A DNA stretch of 64,000 bases from Haliotis cracherodii (GCF_022045235.1 NW_027266270.1:27156001-27220000); one strand, 5' to 3'; shown: positions 51,018-63,009, counted from the first letter of the stretch. A program made the numbers and translations. Notes: a model not told the origin generated them from the sequence alone.

Positions 51018-51127
51018 TCATACATGATGCAGGCCAGATAAGCTACCAGAATATAGGTGGTAAGGAGCATGCACACAAGATGACGGAATGCTCCAGATCA
51101 CATTCTATGTCAAAAGAAGGAAATGCC

Positions 51128-51404
51128 AGTTGTAGTGTAGTGGATAGAGCATCTGCCCAGAGAGTGGAAGGTGGGTGGTTCAGTCCCCAACTGCATCACA
51201 GAAAAAGGTGTTAATAGGTGGTACTTGTGTTCGCGTTATGGGGATAAAACATGACTGGCCAGCTTGGAGTCATTATGGGGTATCCATGTTAAGCTGCGAC
51301 ATGGTATCTCAGTGGGCTAGCACTATTTGAATGGCATAGAACTGAACTACAATAAGCAGCAAAACGTCACACACACATAAATAATCTTAAACGTTAAACC
51401 CTTT
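51128..51404 (+). mobile_element. SINE family D (Meta/MESC-like core)
   Basis: A box tagtggatagagc, B-box-like ggttcagtccc, and core motifs ggtggtacttg, gactggc and cagtgggctagcacta. Confidence 0.65.
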
Positions 51405-51412
51405 GTCACCTC

Positions 51413-52493
51413 TAGGGCTGGGACGAGTCAAAATTTACTACCGGGTACCCACCCTCTTTTTCCCAAACCCTACCCTACCCAGGTACCAGCTGAAGGTCTC
51501 AAGAGATAGGTAAAGGGGCCGTCACACCATGACGTTCTGGTCAACGTTCTCTGAACATTTCAATTGTTCAATTTTTGAGCGTTCTAGAATGAGGATGACA
51601 CATCTGGCGTGTGATTAACGTGTGCCTAACGCATGACTAGCGTGTGTCTAACGCACGAGAAGCGTGTAACAGCGACCAAGTAAGATACCCCTGAAAACCA
51701 TTAGCGTGTGCTAACATGCCACTGGCGCGTGACGAACGATTTGTCAACGTTAGACGAGCGTGTTGAGCGTGAGACTAACGTGTGAATAACGACAGAATAG
51801 CGTCTTGCTGGCGTGTTATTTTTAGTCACACGCTGCGTGCGCTAGGAGACCGTTCAGCGGTCGTTGACAGGTCGCCAGTGAGTCGTTCAATGCAAAGCAA
51901 ACGATTAGTAACAACCAAGTAACGCTAAAGTAACGACTGACTAACGATAGCCGTTCTTAAACGTTCTTCAGCGTTTAAAATTAAACGTTGAAGAACGCTG
52001 GTCTCAGTGACTTTTTTTCCGGACCAGCGTTCTCCGCCGATTCCCGGCGATCACCGACGTTCACTAGCGTTCACACAACGCTCTTCTGGCGCTATCCCAG
52101 CGACCATGGGCGACTACCAACGTTTCCTCAAACGTCATAGAACGCTGACCAGAACGTCATGGTGTGACGGCCCCATAAGAAAATGTCTGATTGGGAAACG
52201 TTTGACCGTACTCCTGTCAAAATAAATTTAGATACACTAGTCATGCATACACTGAAGTTGATGGATGTTATGCCATTATGCAAACATACATATAAGGTCA
52301 GAAGGAATGTGTGTATAGTCAGAAAGAAATGTGAACATTTGTCACTTATAGTGTAACCATGAGTTCTAGATAATTTTTGCCATTAAACAATATAATCACG
52401 TGACTAACCACGGTTCTGGGTAATCCTGTGGGTACCCGGGGCCTACTTAGTACCCACCCGACCCGAGTACCCGAGTTACCTGTCCCAGCCCTA
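51413..52493. mobile_element. hAT-type non-autonomous element containing a Harbinger MITE
   Basis: TIRs tagggctgggac and gtcccagcccta, an 8-bp TSD gtcacctc/gtcaccac (7 of 8 match), and subterminal gggtaccc/acccga repeats. Confidence 0.88.
51514..52175. mobile_element. PIF/Harbinger-type MITE, 662 bp, CpG-rich
   Basis: TIRs of about 36 bp (ggggccgtcacaccatgacgttctggtca) and a TAA TSD at 51511-51513 and 52176-52178. Confidence 0.92.
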
Positions 52494-52676
52494 GTCACCA
52501 CACGTCACCCATTCATGAGATGGACTGGGATCAGACTGACTGACCCAAGTAGAAAGTTGGAATCTACTAATTCAAATCTCAGAGTATGTAAATCTTGCAA
52601 CTGATTACCGCTAATGACATGGAAACAGTGTTTCAGTTTCACACACAAATTAATTTAAATGGTTACATCTTAACAT

Positions 52677-52941
52677 GACCCGTGAAGATTCCGGGGTAGA
52701 ATAGGTCTTCAGCAACCCATGCTTGCCGTGAAAGGCGACTATGCTTGTCGTAAAAGGCGACTATCGTTATCGGCTGGTCAGGCTCGCTGACTTGGTTGAT
52801 GCATGTCATCGATCCCAATTGCGTGGATCGATGCTCATGATATTAATCACTGGATTATCTGGTCCAGACTCGATTATTTACAGACCGCCGTCATATAGCT
52901 GGAATATTGCTGAGTGCGGCATTAAACAACAAACCAACCAA
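52677..52941 (+). mobile_element. Family B retroposon, best full-length copy, with a non-tRNA structured head
   Basis: Head gacccgtgaagattccggggtagaataggtcttcagc, a 22-bp duplication at 52719-52762, the shared 3' tail with (AACC)n, and ggttacatctt on both flanks. Confidence 0.92.
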
Positions 52942-53244
52942 CGGTTACATCTTCTCATGCACACTAATTAAACGGTTACATATTCACACACACTAATTAA
53001 ACAGCAATGTGCTGACTCAGGAAATGAGACCTGGCATCGCCCTTTGTAACAACATGACAATACCAAAGTTTGAAATTTACTACAAATAAGTCTTGAGAGG
53101 AAGTTCTCTCTTTGTGAGTTCTGAAATGTCATCAAATTGTCTTCTAAATAATATAAACTACTGAAAAGAAATGAAAGAACCCCCAGTTCATTCATATAAC
53201 TATAGTTAATTCGTCATGCACTGACAGATTACCTATAGTATTAT

Positions 53245-53408
53245 GAGTGAGTGAGTGAGTATAGTTTTATTTCGCTTTTGGCAATGTTCCAGCAATATCA
53301 CAGTAGGGGACACCAGAATTGGCTTCACACATTGTACACATGTGGGAATCGAACTGGCTCTTCAGCGTGACAAGCGAACGCTTTAACCGCTAGGCTACCC
53401 TACCTCCC
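53245..53408 (-). mobile_element. SINE family A
   Basis: Reverse complement of family A, with atagtattat on both flanks. Confidence 0.92.
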
Positions 53409-54110
53409 ATAGTATTATAAAAGAATCGGGTGTTCTTTAACTTCTTGTAAGTAATATATGAATCTCTTGGACATTTTCCTGGTTTCCTAAGACATATCAA
53501 CCACAGATGAGAATGAATTAAGTGCAGTCTTAGTCTACTTTTTTTATATGAAATAAAAAATGTAGGGCTGAATGCTCTTGGCATGATCATTCGTGATTTG
53601 ACTTCATACTTCAGTGAAAATTTCAAATTTTATGCGAGTCAATCATTGCATTGAGCACGGTGTCACAGCGCTTCCCAGGGCCTGGTGATAAAATCAGATA
53701 AATCCTGTCATAAATCTTAAGACATCATTACTGTGATTGTCAAGAATGTGAGCATGGCCCGAGGCATGAAGCTAATGCTCCATGCCCCAGGACACGGTTG
53801 TACTTCTTTCTGCAGTCAAACTAATGCCTGTTCTCCTCTCCTGGTCTCAGAGGAGATGTATCCAACACAAATATTGTTGCAGCCGATGCAGATAGCATCT
53901 TCTTATTAGTGTCATTGTGTCTAAATGGATGTGTCATATGGCTCATTGCTCTGGCAGATGGAGCTACCAATTACCTAGTGATTCCACTCCCCCTCAAATT
54001 GTTACACCTATAAATCATTGTTATGAAGGAAATTTGATATAATATAAGTAGTTGGTGTTGCTTCAAACACTTCTTTGAAACATTTTATTGTACTGAAATA
54101 GCTTCAGTAA

Positions 54111-54379
54111 TAGTCTGTGTTTCAGCTACAGATAATGTTTTGGCTGTAGTCAGTGTTTCAGCTACAGATAATGTTTTGGCTGTAGTCAGTGCTTCAGCTA
54201 CAGATAATGTTTTGGCTGTAGTCAGTGTTTCAGCTACAGATAATGTTTTGGCTGTAGTCAGTGTTTCAGCTACAGATAATGTTTTGGCTGTAGTCAGTGT
54301 TTCAGCTACAGATAATGTTTTGGCTGTAGTCAGTGTTTCAGCTACAGATAATGTTATGGCTGTAGTCAGTGTTTCAGCT
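54111..54379. repeat. 36-bp minisatellite, about 7.5 nearly identical units
   Basis: Unit tagtcagtgtttcagctacagataatgttttggctg. Confidence 0.97.
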
Positions 54380-55261
54380 TATTTGCAAGATTATTTGTAC
54401 ATGTTATGTTTTATCAGTATTTTAATATGACTTCTCTTTTGCATTAACCCGTCAACATTCTAAATACTTGTTTGAAAATGATTTATTACTCAACCATGAA
54501 TTATCAAATATGTTTGTAAGCACTGGACATGACATTGGACAAATGTTTATTTTTTGAAGATCTAAGTTTTCTAGATTTGATTATATACTGTAGAAAGTAC
54601 ATGTTCTGTTGATATTAATACGATAATAATGTGTATAATTGTTGCCATACTAATTGATTTTAACATATGATACAGTTTATTTGAAAAAGTATTTTCTCAT
54701 GGTGTCAGGGAAACAAACACCAAAAAATAATATACACACAAAGTTGGTTCATTATATACTGAATAATTTGATGTTTACATGTAATTAAAGTATTTTTAAT
54801 GCTGTCATAGGCAATTACTAGAAAATAATGTACATAAATAAATTATTTGATATATGCTGCTGTCATGCATTAGTTATGTATATATCTTGTGAGCACAAGG
54901 GTATTCTCCATTAAATCTTTGATTTCAAGAAGATCTAATTTCGACACCTTTTTGGATGAGCCGCCTAAGGTTAAGAATCTGGTTGTGAGCTCCGATCTTT
55001 GATCACATGACCCAAGGGCAGAGCACTCCTTGCACTGTGACCATATTGCAACCAATGAACCCTAAGGGCAACCACGACAGCTAAAGTGGTGATAACATCA
55101 GGTGATATACCCTGCCGGTTCTAACCTCTATAATTCCCGAGTAGTTGGAGGCAACAGTTGCAGTGTTCTCTTTACTTTGTTTTCTAATTTGTCATAATTA
55201 CCCAATTCTACCCGGGGTTGGCAGGGTGGCAGTTTTGTTGGCCATCCATACAGGTTTTATG

Positions 55262-55345
55262 ACGGCCAATCGAGGAGAGAGAAAAACTGATGATGAGGCT
55301 GATTAGTTGATGTGTGACAAACATAAATCACACCTTCGTCAGTTG
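55262..55345 (+). promoter_or_regulatory. Candidate Pol II core promoter (CCAAT box and initiator)
   Basis: ccaat at 55266-55270 lies about 70 bp before TCAGTT at 55339-55344, and there is no ATG between the initiator and 55456. Confidence 0.5.
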
Positions 55346-55455
55346 TGTTTTCTCAGAATTTTATTTGTGTGAATTGACTTAGTGTTGAGCGTGTTGTTCA
55401 GCTGTGCAGTTGGTAGTCTTGCTTGTGGATAAACTTGCCTTTTTTATTCAACACA

Positions 55456-55474
55456 ATGGATTTTATTTTTGATG
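55456..55474 (+). CDS. Candidate first coding exon (MDFIFD, phase 1) of an unidentified gene
   Basis: Start context aacacaATGG, a perfect donor G|GTAAGT at 55475, and frame-compatible with the exon at 57253. Confidence 0.6.
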
Positions 55475-57252
55475 GTAAGTCAGAACTTATTTTCTTTGTA
55501 TAATATGTGTAATTACAAAAGAAAATTATGATATATTTGTTCATTTCAAGATGCATGAATATTGATTTATATATTATTATTTTTCTTGTAGTTGGATTTT
55601 ATTTTGAGTGTAAAAAATATAGTACTCTGTTATAGAATTATATTTATAAAACTTTTTTTTAACAGTTTGTCAGGATTTCAACAATAACATTCAAATATTG
55701 ACACTGTTTTGAATGAATATATGTATTTTGTCAGTACAATCATTTGCAAAAAAACTGGCAAAGTCAGTGAGTGTGAGATACAATTTTGTGATTGTAATAA
55801 TGTCTACCACAATGTCATGGTGTTTCATGAGACTGAACTGTAGGTTATTCATGTTCATGAATATAACTGTTTTTCATAAATTTTGCTGTTCATGGAAACA
55901 AGGTATATACAAGCCATTATTTCTAACTAGCTTAGCGCGACTTTTAACTCAAAATCCTTTCAGTAGAAGGAGACAATTGCATTTCAGTCAACAGACATTG
56001 AAAATAACATCTTAATTTCTTATTTGATGATTTTGCATTGTGTTTTTCTCTGACACTTATGATTGACCGTCAGTAAGCCTGCAGCCATGTATTATCATCT
56101 GTTGTTTGCATTCTGTATTATGACATCAATGGTCTAAGAATATGGCCTGATTAGAATTTGAATAAAATAAAATTTTATCATTAAGTGAAAATATTGATTT
56201 CTATGATATATTCATCAACCATTCTAAAGTCTTCTCTGAAAATTGTTCAATAACATCATTAAGAATGGTACAATATTGATGCAACCTTTACACTTCTGTC
56301 AACACAAAATTTAAAAGTAATTCACAAAATAATCTGCTTTTCCTCACTCCAATCATTGTCAGCCCTCTCATTTCCACATGATTAACGAGGTGGCTACAAC
56401 CTAATTAGAAAAATAATGTAAATGCTATTGTCTAGTTTGGCTGAAGGTGATCGTCACGAATACATTTAAACAATTATAATTGCCTGCCGTCCAGCGACCA
56501 CGGGGAGAATGATCCCGTCAATATCACTATATTGTCAACGCGTGAATCGCTGAGACATCTTTATCGGCTGAAGAATCTAATGGTTTAAATGCAGAAGTCA
56601 CAAACTCGTAAGAGTGTGCACTGCCGTTTGAATTGGTGATTGACTGTTAAAGAAGGGCAATGATAGAGATCTTTCTCGCTTCGCTAGTTTTCCTCTCTGT
56701 GTGCCAGTGTTAATGACAGGCCCTTTCAAGGCCTACTTCAACGATTTGACTTTCTTAAACATGAATGAAAAGATCGGCCATTAAATCTTTCAGTTTTTTT
56801 CTGTTGTGAGATCAGAAAGCAAATGGCAAGGAAGAGTTGGGCAGTATTAGTGTGTTAATTGATCCCTCTCTGCCAGTTTTATGATTCGACAACATGATTG
56901 CTGTTTCTGGATGTTGGTGTTCCAACAGGACCGAGAGACGCATTAGCACTTTCTACCCATCAGGCTCTGCTTTGTTCACAGAAGACAGAATGGACTGACA
57001 GCTTTTGGGCTCATCCATTAGACTCCTAGAGTAGTCGTACCAAGAGTATGAGGCTGCTCAATTAATGATTTCGTCTTAAGGAATAAAGGTGTTATGAAGG
57101 AATTATTCATGGTCAACAAAGAGTTAAAGAGGCACGTTTTGGTATTGAATTTCACTGACTTTTCATGACTTTTGGTAGATTCAGATGTTGTGAAATTGGC
57201 TTCTTTATCATACTTTGGTCATGTGACTGATGGATTATTGTTCCTTCTGCAG

Positions 57253-57303
57253 ATATTGACGATACAGCCTCACTCACCTTTGATGCAGATCTTGTCAAAG
57301 CAG
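57253..57303 (+). CDS. Candidate 51-nt symmetric phase 1-1 exon (DIDDTASLTFDADLVKA)
   Basis: Acceptor ttgttccttctgcag|, donor CAG|GTATGT, and an open reading frame that continues from 55474. Confidence 0.65.
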
Positions 57304-58391
57304 GTATGTCTGTTTCCTACTTGGTGGAAGTTTTAGATATGGATGTTTGGTATGTAGGTAGATTAACTCCGAGATTATCTGAGTAGAGATAGGTATTTGA
57401 ACAGCTTGAATAAGAAGTCACTCTTTTCTTGTTTAATATCATTGTTTATATTTTAAAAATTTGATGCAATGATTTATGTATGACAAATTCTTAAAAGCAG
57501 TGTTCGAAATTAAAGGGATCATGGGATCCTTCAGGTTTTCTGCTGTAGGAACATGATCTAGGAACATGCTAAATGTTCAACTTTTAACATTGGAGTCATT
57601 ACCATTGACTTTGAAGCTGAAATTTCAAGCACTTAAGCTTAAATTAATAATATCTTCGATACTTTTCAGTTGTGAAGGCTCATGCTCCGTTTAGCATGTT
57701 AATCTTCGCATAGCTCTCAAGTAATGTTAGAATCTAGGAGTTACTCAGTATATGGAATGCTAGTCTGATTATTTTGTCTAACATGAACAAAATGAAATGA
57801 CTGAGATATTGGAGATATGAAGTTGTGAAGACTTATGCATTTTAAGTCAAACAAATTTTCTGTTGCATTTGTCATGCTCACTTCCTGAAATTATATAAGC
57901 TGAGATTCTAGAATTAGTGAAATTTATAAATTATGACACTGGTATGATGATAATATTATTCTAATGATGTCCATTGAAAACATAAGGACTGCCTCTGTGT
58001 CGAGTGGATAGAGCATCAATGCAAAAAAAACACTATATTTTAACTGTCATCACATTATAATGTCTTCAAATTTTCAATGGAAGTCCTTTATATCTATAAT
58101 CAGTTGTGCAAGTAATAGTATCCTGCTGTCCAAGTTTATTGCACATGTGCAAGCAGGGAAACCTCACTCCTTTCCTTGTGTGCTTGCAACAACATCTGAA
58201 AATAGATACTTCTATTTGTGATGTTCCTTATTTAAAATGCAATCAGACTATGGAAATAAAAGCGACAAAACTCTTTCCATATTAATAAGATATAATTGTT
58301 TAAAGCAGAGTTGATTGTATTATTGAGGCTATATCATGAGCATGTGTCTGTGAATCACTATCAAATAGGGATGTTACCAGTTGAGTTTGAT

Positions 58392-58438
58392 CTGCCCCAC
58401 CGGTGGCAACAATCACAAACACATGCAAAGGCAAGTGA
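58392..58438 (-). mobile_element. Repeat family F fragment
   Basis: Reverse complement of cttgcctttgcatgtgtttgtgat...ggtggggcag. Confidence 0.7.
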
Positions 58439-58572
58439 GAGCAATGGGATCAAAGCATGCTGAAGGAAGGGAGGGGTATGTGTTGCATACACGTTTTAAG
58501 CATGCCAGGATCCTGTGTCATGGGTGCTGAGTCCCAGAGTCAGTCCAATTACGATCCTTGGTTTGTCAGCAC

Positions 58573-58869
58573 TAAGGGTGAAAATATACAGCAAAATCAC
58601 GATATGATATGTATCATGATACAAAGGTAACATCAAATCGCGTGGAAAGATCATAAAAATTTCACATGTTCATTGTGGCTATTTATAGTATAGAATTTAA
58701 TAACACATTTCTCAATTTTTTAATGACAAACACGCCAGGAGGTTATTAAATGAGCAGTTATGTATTTTAGCAAGTGTATCATCTTGTACCGATACAGATG
58801 TACTGTGTATTGTATTGGCGAATGAAAACTTATGATGCCCCAGTGAACTGATGTATCGTTTCACCCCTA
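58573..58869. mobile_element. hAT-type MITE, 297 bp, inserted in a decayed family C SINE
   Basis: TIRs taagggtgaaaatatac and gtatcgtttcaccccta, and an 8-bp TSD gtcagcac/gtcagcat. The target is the family C motif ggtttgtcagcac. Confidence 0.8.
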
Positions 58870-58950
58870 GTCAGCATCATAGGCCTGGTTAAATATATTT
58901 TTATGGAAGGCTTTCAGATGAATTAACTAAATATCATAGGTCGTTTGTCA

Positions 58951-59123
58951 NNNNNNNNNNNNNNNNNNNNNNNNNNNNNNNNNNNNNNNNNNNNNNNNNN
59001 NNNNNNNNNNNNNNNNNNNNNNNNNNNNNNNNNNNNNNNNNNNNNNNNNNNNNNNNNNNNNNNNNNNNNNNNNNNNNNNNNNNNNNNNNNNNNNNNNNNN
59101 NNNNNNNNNNNNNNNNNNNNNNN
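58951..59123. other. Assembly gap (173 N)
   Basis: A run of n characters. Confidence 1.
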
Positions 59124-59290
59124 NAGTATGGTTTTATTCCGTCAGCACCATACCCGTGCTCTTGGGTTTCACCGAAGTGGTAAACATCTGAGACCTGCAT
59201 CACTTCGGGCTTTTCTCACACATAAAGCTGACACGCCGTGATATAACTGGAATACTGTTAAAAGCGGTGTTAAACCCAACTCACTCACTC
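59124..59290 (+). mobile_element. SINE family C, 3' part (5' part lost in or before the gap)
   Basis: gtcagcaccatacccgtgctc...gatataactggaatactgttaaaagcggtgttaaacccaactcactc. Confidence 0.9.
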
Positions 59291-59777
59291 GTAGGTCACT
59301 AGTCAGTGTGTGATCCCCTAGTACGTCGTCATTATTACTGTAAGGATATGATGTCACAGTATTACATGATTTACAAGATGTGTGGCTGTTGTAAGGTCAA
59401 ATCAGTCTACCAACAGAACACAGAGCAAACCCAGTGTTCCATGCAAACAGGATGTCTTTATTCAATATAAACATTACAGTTCTCTCAAAAATGTCTTTTA
59501 TATAAGATTTCTAAAACCACCTCATCGAGTAGGTTAAGAATGATATATGATAATGAGCCAAAGGCTTGCATAATACAATTTTTGTTCCTAACATATGATA
59601 TTTACAATAAGGAAACACCCTTGACTAATGACCTCTAAGTACCATCTAAATGATCTTTTTGGAAAAGAACCTTGTTTTCATTTCATTGCATTTACTAAAC
59701 AAACTATTGATAGTGTAGGGTGGCATCAGTTTTATTTTATTTTATTCATATGTAATGTGTCACTGATGCTTTTGCAG

Positions 59778-59964
59778 TTGACTTGCCTTTGCATGTGTTT
59801 GTGATGGGTGCTACTGGTGGGGCAGGATACGCTCACCTTTTTGCGAACACCTGGTATCTTCTCTATTTGATTGTAATTCATAAACACATGCACATGATAT
59901 AGTCCGAATCATACAATCGACTTCTCATAGCAGAGATTTCTCGTGGGTATGGGAAGGGTTTTGT
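59778..59964 (+). mobile_element. Repeat family F, copy 2
   Basis: Aligns with 36132-36302. Confidence 0.7.
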
Positions 59965-61867
59965 CACATATATTTGCCATTGGCCTATGCATTGATAGTT
60001 CAGTCTGTACACATCTGTTATCAACCTGCATATTTCGTTTATATGATCACAATCACTTTTAGCATTTCTACACAGCATCAGCAAGTTCACAGCATTAAAG
60101 TTAAGCACTTATAAAAAAGCTCATGTAAAATGATGGTAATGAAGTAGTATAGAAATACAGGAAAAAAATCCATTGAACTCTTTAATCACAAAGAATATAT
60201 AAATTTGTTCTCTACAGTTTCGTCTAAAAAGAACTTCTGAAAAAATGTTCAGTGTCCTTTTGTTGTTCAAAGAGAATAGAGATGAGACCCCAAACTGTAT
60301 AACATTGTTGTTAATACTTCAATATTTCATTCAAAAGAAACTAAACATTGAATTTCTCAAAGCCATTTTCCGAGAATATTTTAAAAGATTTTCCTTCCTT
60401 CAAAGCTTTGAAGGTCATGATAGAACTCATACATTATTTCTGAATCTGTGCATAATGACATGAATTATATCCAGCCGTTTGAGTCGTGTAGAGGCGGTTT
60501 TGCTAATAGCAACAAACACTAAATCGTGTGAAGATGATTGCCACTTCTAAGCAGGAGCGTTTTGCAGGAAATGAAGTAATCCTGAGGCTAATACTAGCAG
60601 AGACTCCACGGCTTGTCCATAGTGTTCATTAGAGCTCGTCAACTCAAGTGAAGAATTTGATCGCAGATAATTTCACCATGCTTTCGGACAATGGATAATC
60701 ATGGGGTGCTTGACCGAGCATTTTCGCCAATCTTAATAAATCTGTTGGAAGCAGGCAGGAGGAAGCACGGGTATTGGGGAGAGGATCAGCCCTGGTTGCC
60801 TACCTGCAACTCTCTAATAGTTTTCCAAACTTGCTACAAATCTTTTATGCTCGGTTTGCCAGGAAATAGAAGGTCCCTGCCGACCCTGTAACCCCCCAAG
60901 AAGCAGACGCGAGAAGTATTGCTCGTCTTTGTATAAGCTGCTATTTTTTCATTAAGCTGAAGAGAGGGTGAAGATATTGTTTTTTCATGAGACCCTGTTT
61001 AGTTTTCAAAGGCCGTTTCATTTTAGAAGATGATTTGTACTCGGTGAGGTCACATCGCGGACAGTATTCATTCCATCCCCCATCAAGATGCTGCAGATTT
61101 AGGAAGGCTTGATTTCTGATGTTTGAGGGAGAAGTTACGATCACGAATTTGAACCGTTGTCAATTATGATTAAAACAGAAATCAATATAACTGCACCAAA
61201 CTCATGTTTTTACCGTACAAGTCGAAAGGAGAAAGGTTTTTGAAATTATTCTTCGGCATAAAATTTAATTCTGTTTTCGGTGATAAGATGAAGGACAAGG
61301 ATTAATCATTAGCTAATCATCTATTTTCCTGATGGGAATATTTCATCTTAATAGTTTGAAGAGGTTCACAACATTATCGGTAGTGGCAATCTCTTCAAAT
61401 ATAGACACGCTCATTTATTAATACCAAATGTTATTTAAAATATGAGTTGATATGGTGTGGTGTATCAGATGAACTATAGTAATAATAAAGAATTGGGTGT
61501 TCTTTGTCATCTTTTGAGTGTAGTGTATATTGTGTTGGATCTTTGTTGAAATGATGTGTCAATTATAGTTATATTTTTGTCTTCCAATAGCAGGGTCTTA
61601 GTAGTGTGTGAGTGAGTCAATGAGGTCTAATTTCACTGAATATTTCCGTTATATCACTTTTCATCAAATCCATGATTATTGGAAACAGCCACAGATCGGA
61701 GGCACCTTTGAATACAGGGCCCCTTCAGTATTTAAAACTTTTAATACTTTTCACTTATTTGTATTATTACCTGTACAATTTACAACTTACTGTCCCAAAA
61801 TTTACCTTACATGTAGTGTATTGTGTATACTGAAAGATTATGTCAGTTTGGTAGTTTTACTGTGAAA

Positions 61868-61986
61868 GGGACATTTGCGAAGCTTGTCCAAGTTTGATTC
61901 TCTACATCAATACAATATGTGAAGCCCATTTCAGGTGATACAGCTGCTATATTGCTAAACGCGGCATTCAACCATAGGCACTCACA
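61868..61986 (+). mobile_element. SINE A relic
   Basis: tacaatatgtgaagcccatttc...tattgctaaacgcggc. Confidence 0.7.
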
Positions 61987-62729
61987 TAACTGTAGAAATT
62001 GATTTATAAACACAAAATATTTTACGTACTTAATGATAATGCCATTTTATATTCATCCAAGTGAACTATTTTGGTTTTGTTTTTCTAAATTGTCATTCAT
62101 TAGCAATTTTCACACTTCAAATTACTAACATAATTGTTGCCTGCAGGGAACTGTTTTATTTGGGAGAAAAAAATTACATTTCCATTTCATCCAAGAAATA
62201 TGTTTTTGTTGTGCGTCTTATCATGATCTACAAGCATTAGGGGGCCCATGACCTCCTCGTTCTGTCAGCCTGTGCGTGTTACGTGAGCGGAAATCTCACT
62301 CTGTGTTTACATTCATTCGGGAAATTAAAAGTTAACATTGAATTATTAATTATAAACAAATCTATGTTCAGTTTCTCTTTGCACAGCTGGAATTAAAAAG
62401 TCCTGGCCCCCAAAAGGAGGAAAACGTGGCCAATCAATTATTGCACGGGTATTATGTAATGCAACATAAACAGTCAGGTGTTTAATTATTTTGCTTTGAG
62501 TAAATATCTTAATTATGATTGAGTTATATTTACGTTATATGGTGATCATTAAATTTAAGTTTGATTAAGGATTTTCTTTCATTTGACAGTGCCAACTCAT
62601 TACAACTAATGTGTTAATGTCAATAAGGAATGTTTCTTTAGATACAAAATTTACTGAGATGCTGAAGAGCAACAGTACATGTTCTATGTAAAAATGTTTA
62701 AGATTCATGTGGTGTAATTCTTTTGTAAT

Positions 62730-63009
62730 GGGAGGCAGAGGGTAGCTTAGTGGTTACTTGTTCAGGGTTTGAATCTCAGGGGCAGGAGCCCAGTAGTTTA
62801 AGGTGTCACTCAACATGCCAGTGTGGGGTTCGATCCCACCTTGGGTCCAATACTGAAAGTCAAACTAAACTAGTTCTAATTGTCACACATAAATATTTCA
62901 TGACCTCTCTGGTTTTGTGGTAGAGTCATCTTAAATGCTGTGATATAACTGGAATACTGTTCTCACTCACTCACTCACTCACTCACTCACTCACTCACTC
63001 ACTCACTCA
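62730..63009 (+). mobile_element. Diverged tRNA-headed SINE with the family C-type tail and a long (ACTC)n
   Basis: Two successive A/B-box-like segments, followed by gtgatataactggaatactgtt and (CTCA)n. Confidence 0.55.

Noticed and set aside
52677-52765. Assignment of the family B head to HDV-like, hammerhead or pistol ribozymes
   Set aside because: The helix order does not match HDV, the CTGAAGA on the minus strand has no GAAA partner, and the pistol-like P1/pseudoknot/A-rich linker lacks P2 and P3. It is left unassigned.
54140-54430. 96-aa ORF of AVVSVSATDNVL repeats
   Set aside because: It is a 36-bp minisatellite with a non-ATG start and no splice context.
58934-59241. ORFs spanning the N run
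   Set aside because: Artefacts of the assembly gap.
62387-62450. Possible third exon after tttctctttgcacag
   Set aside because: The acceptor is good but the donor is weak, and the frame reaches a stop shortly afterwards. It cannot be supported without transcripts.
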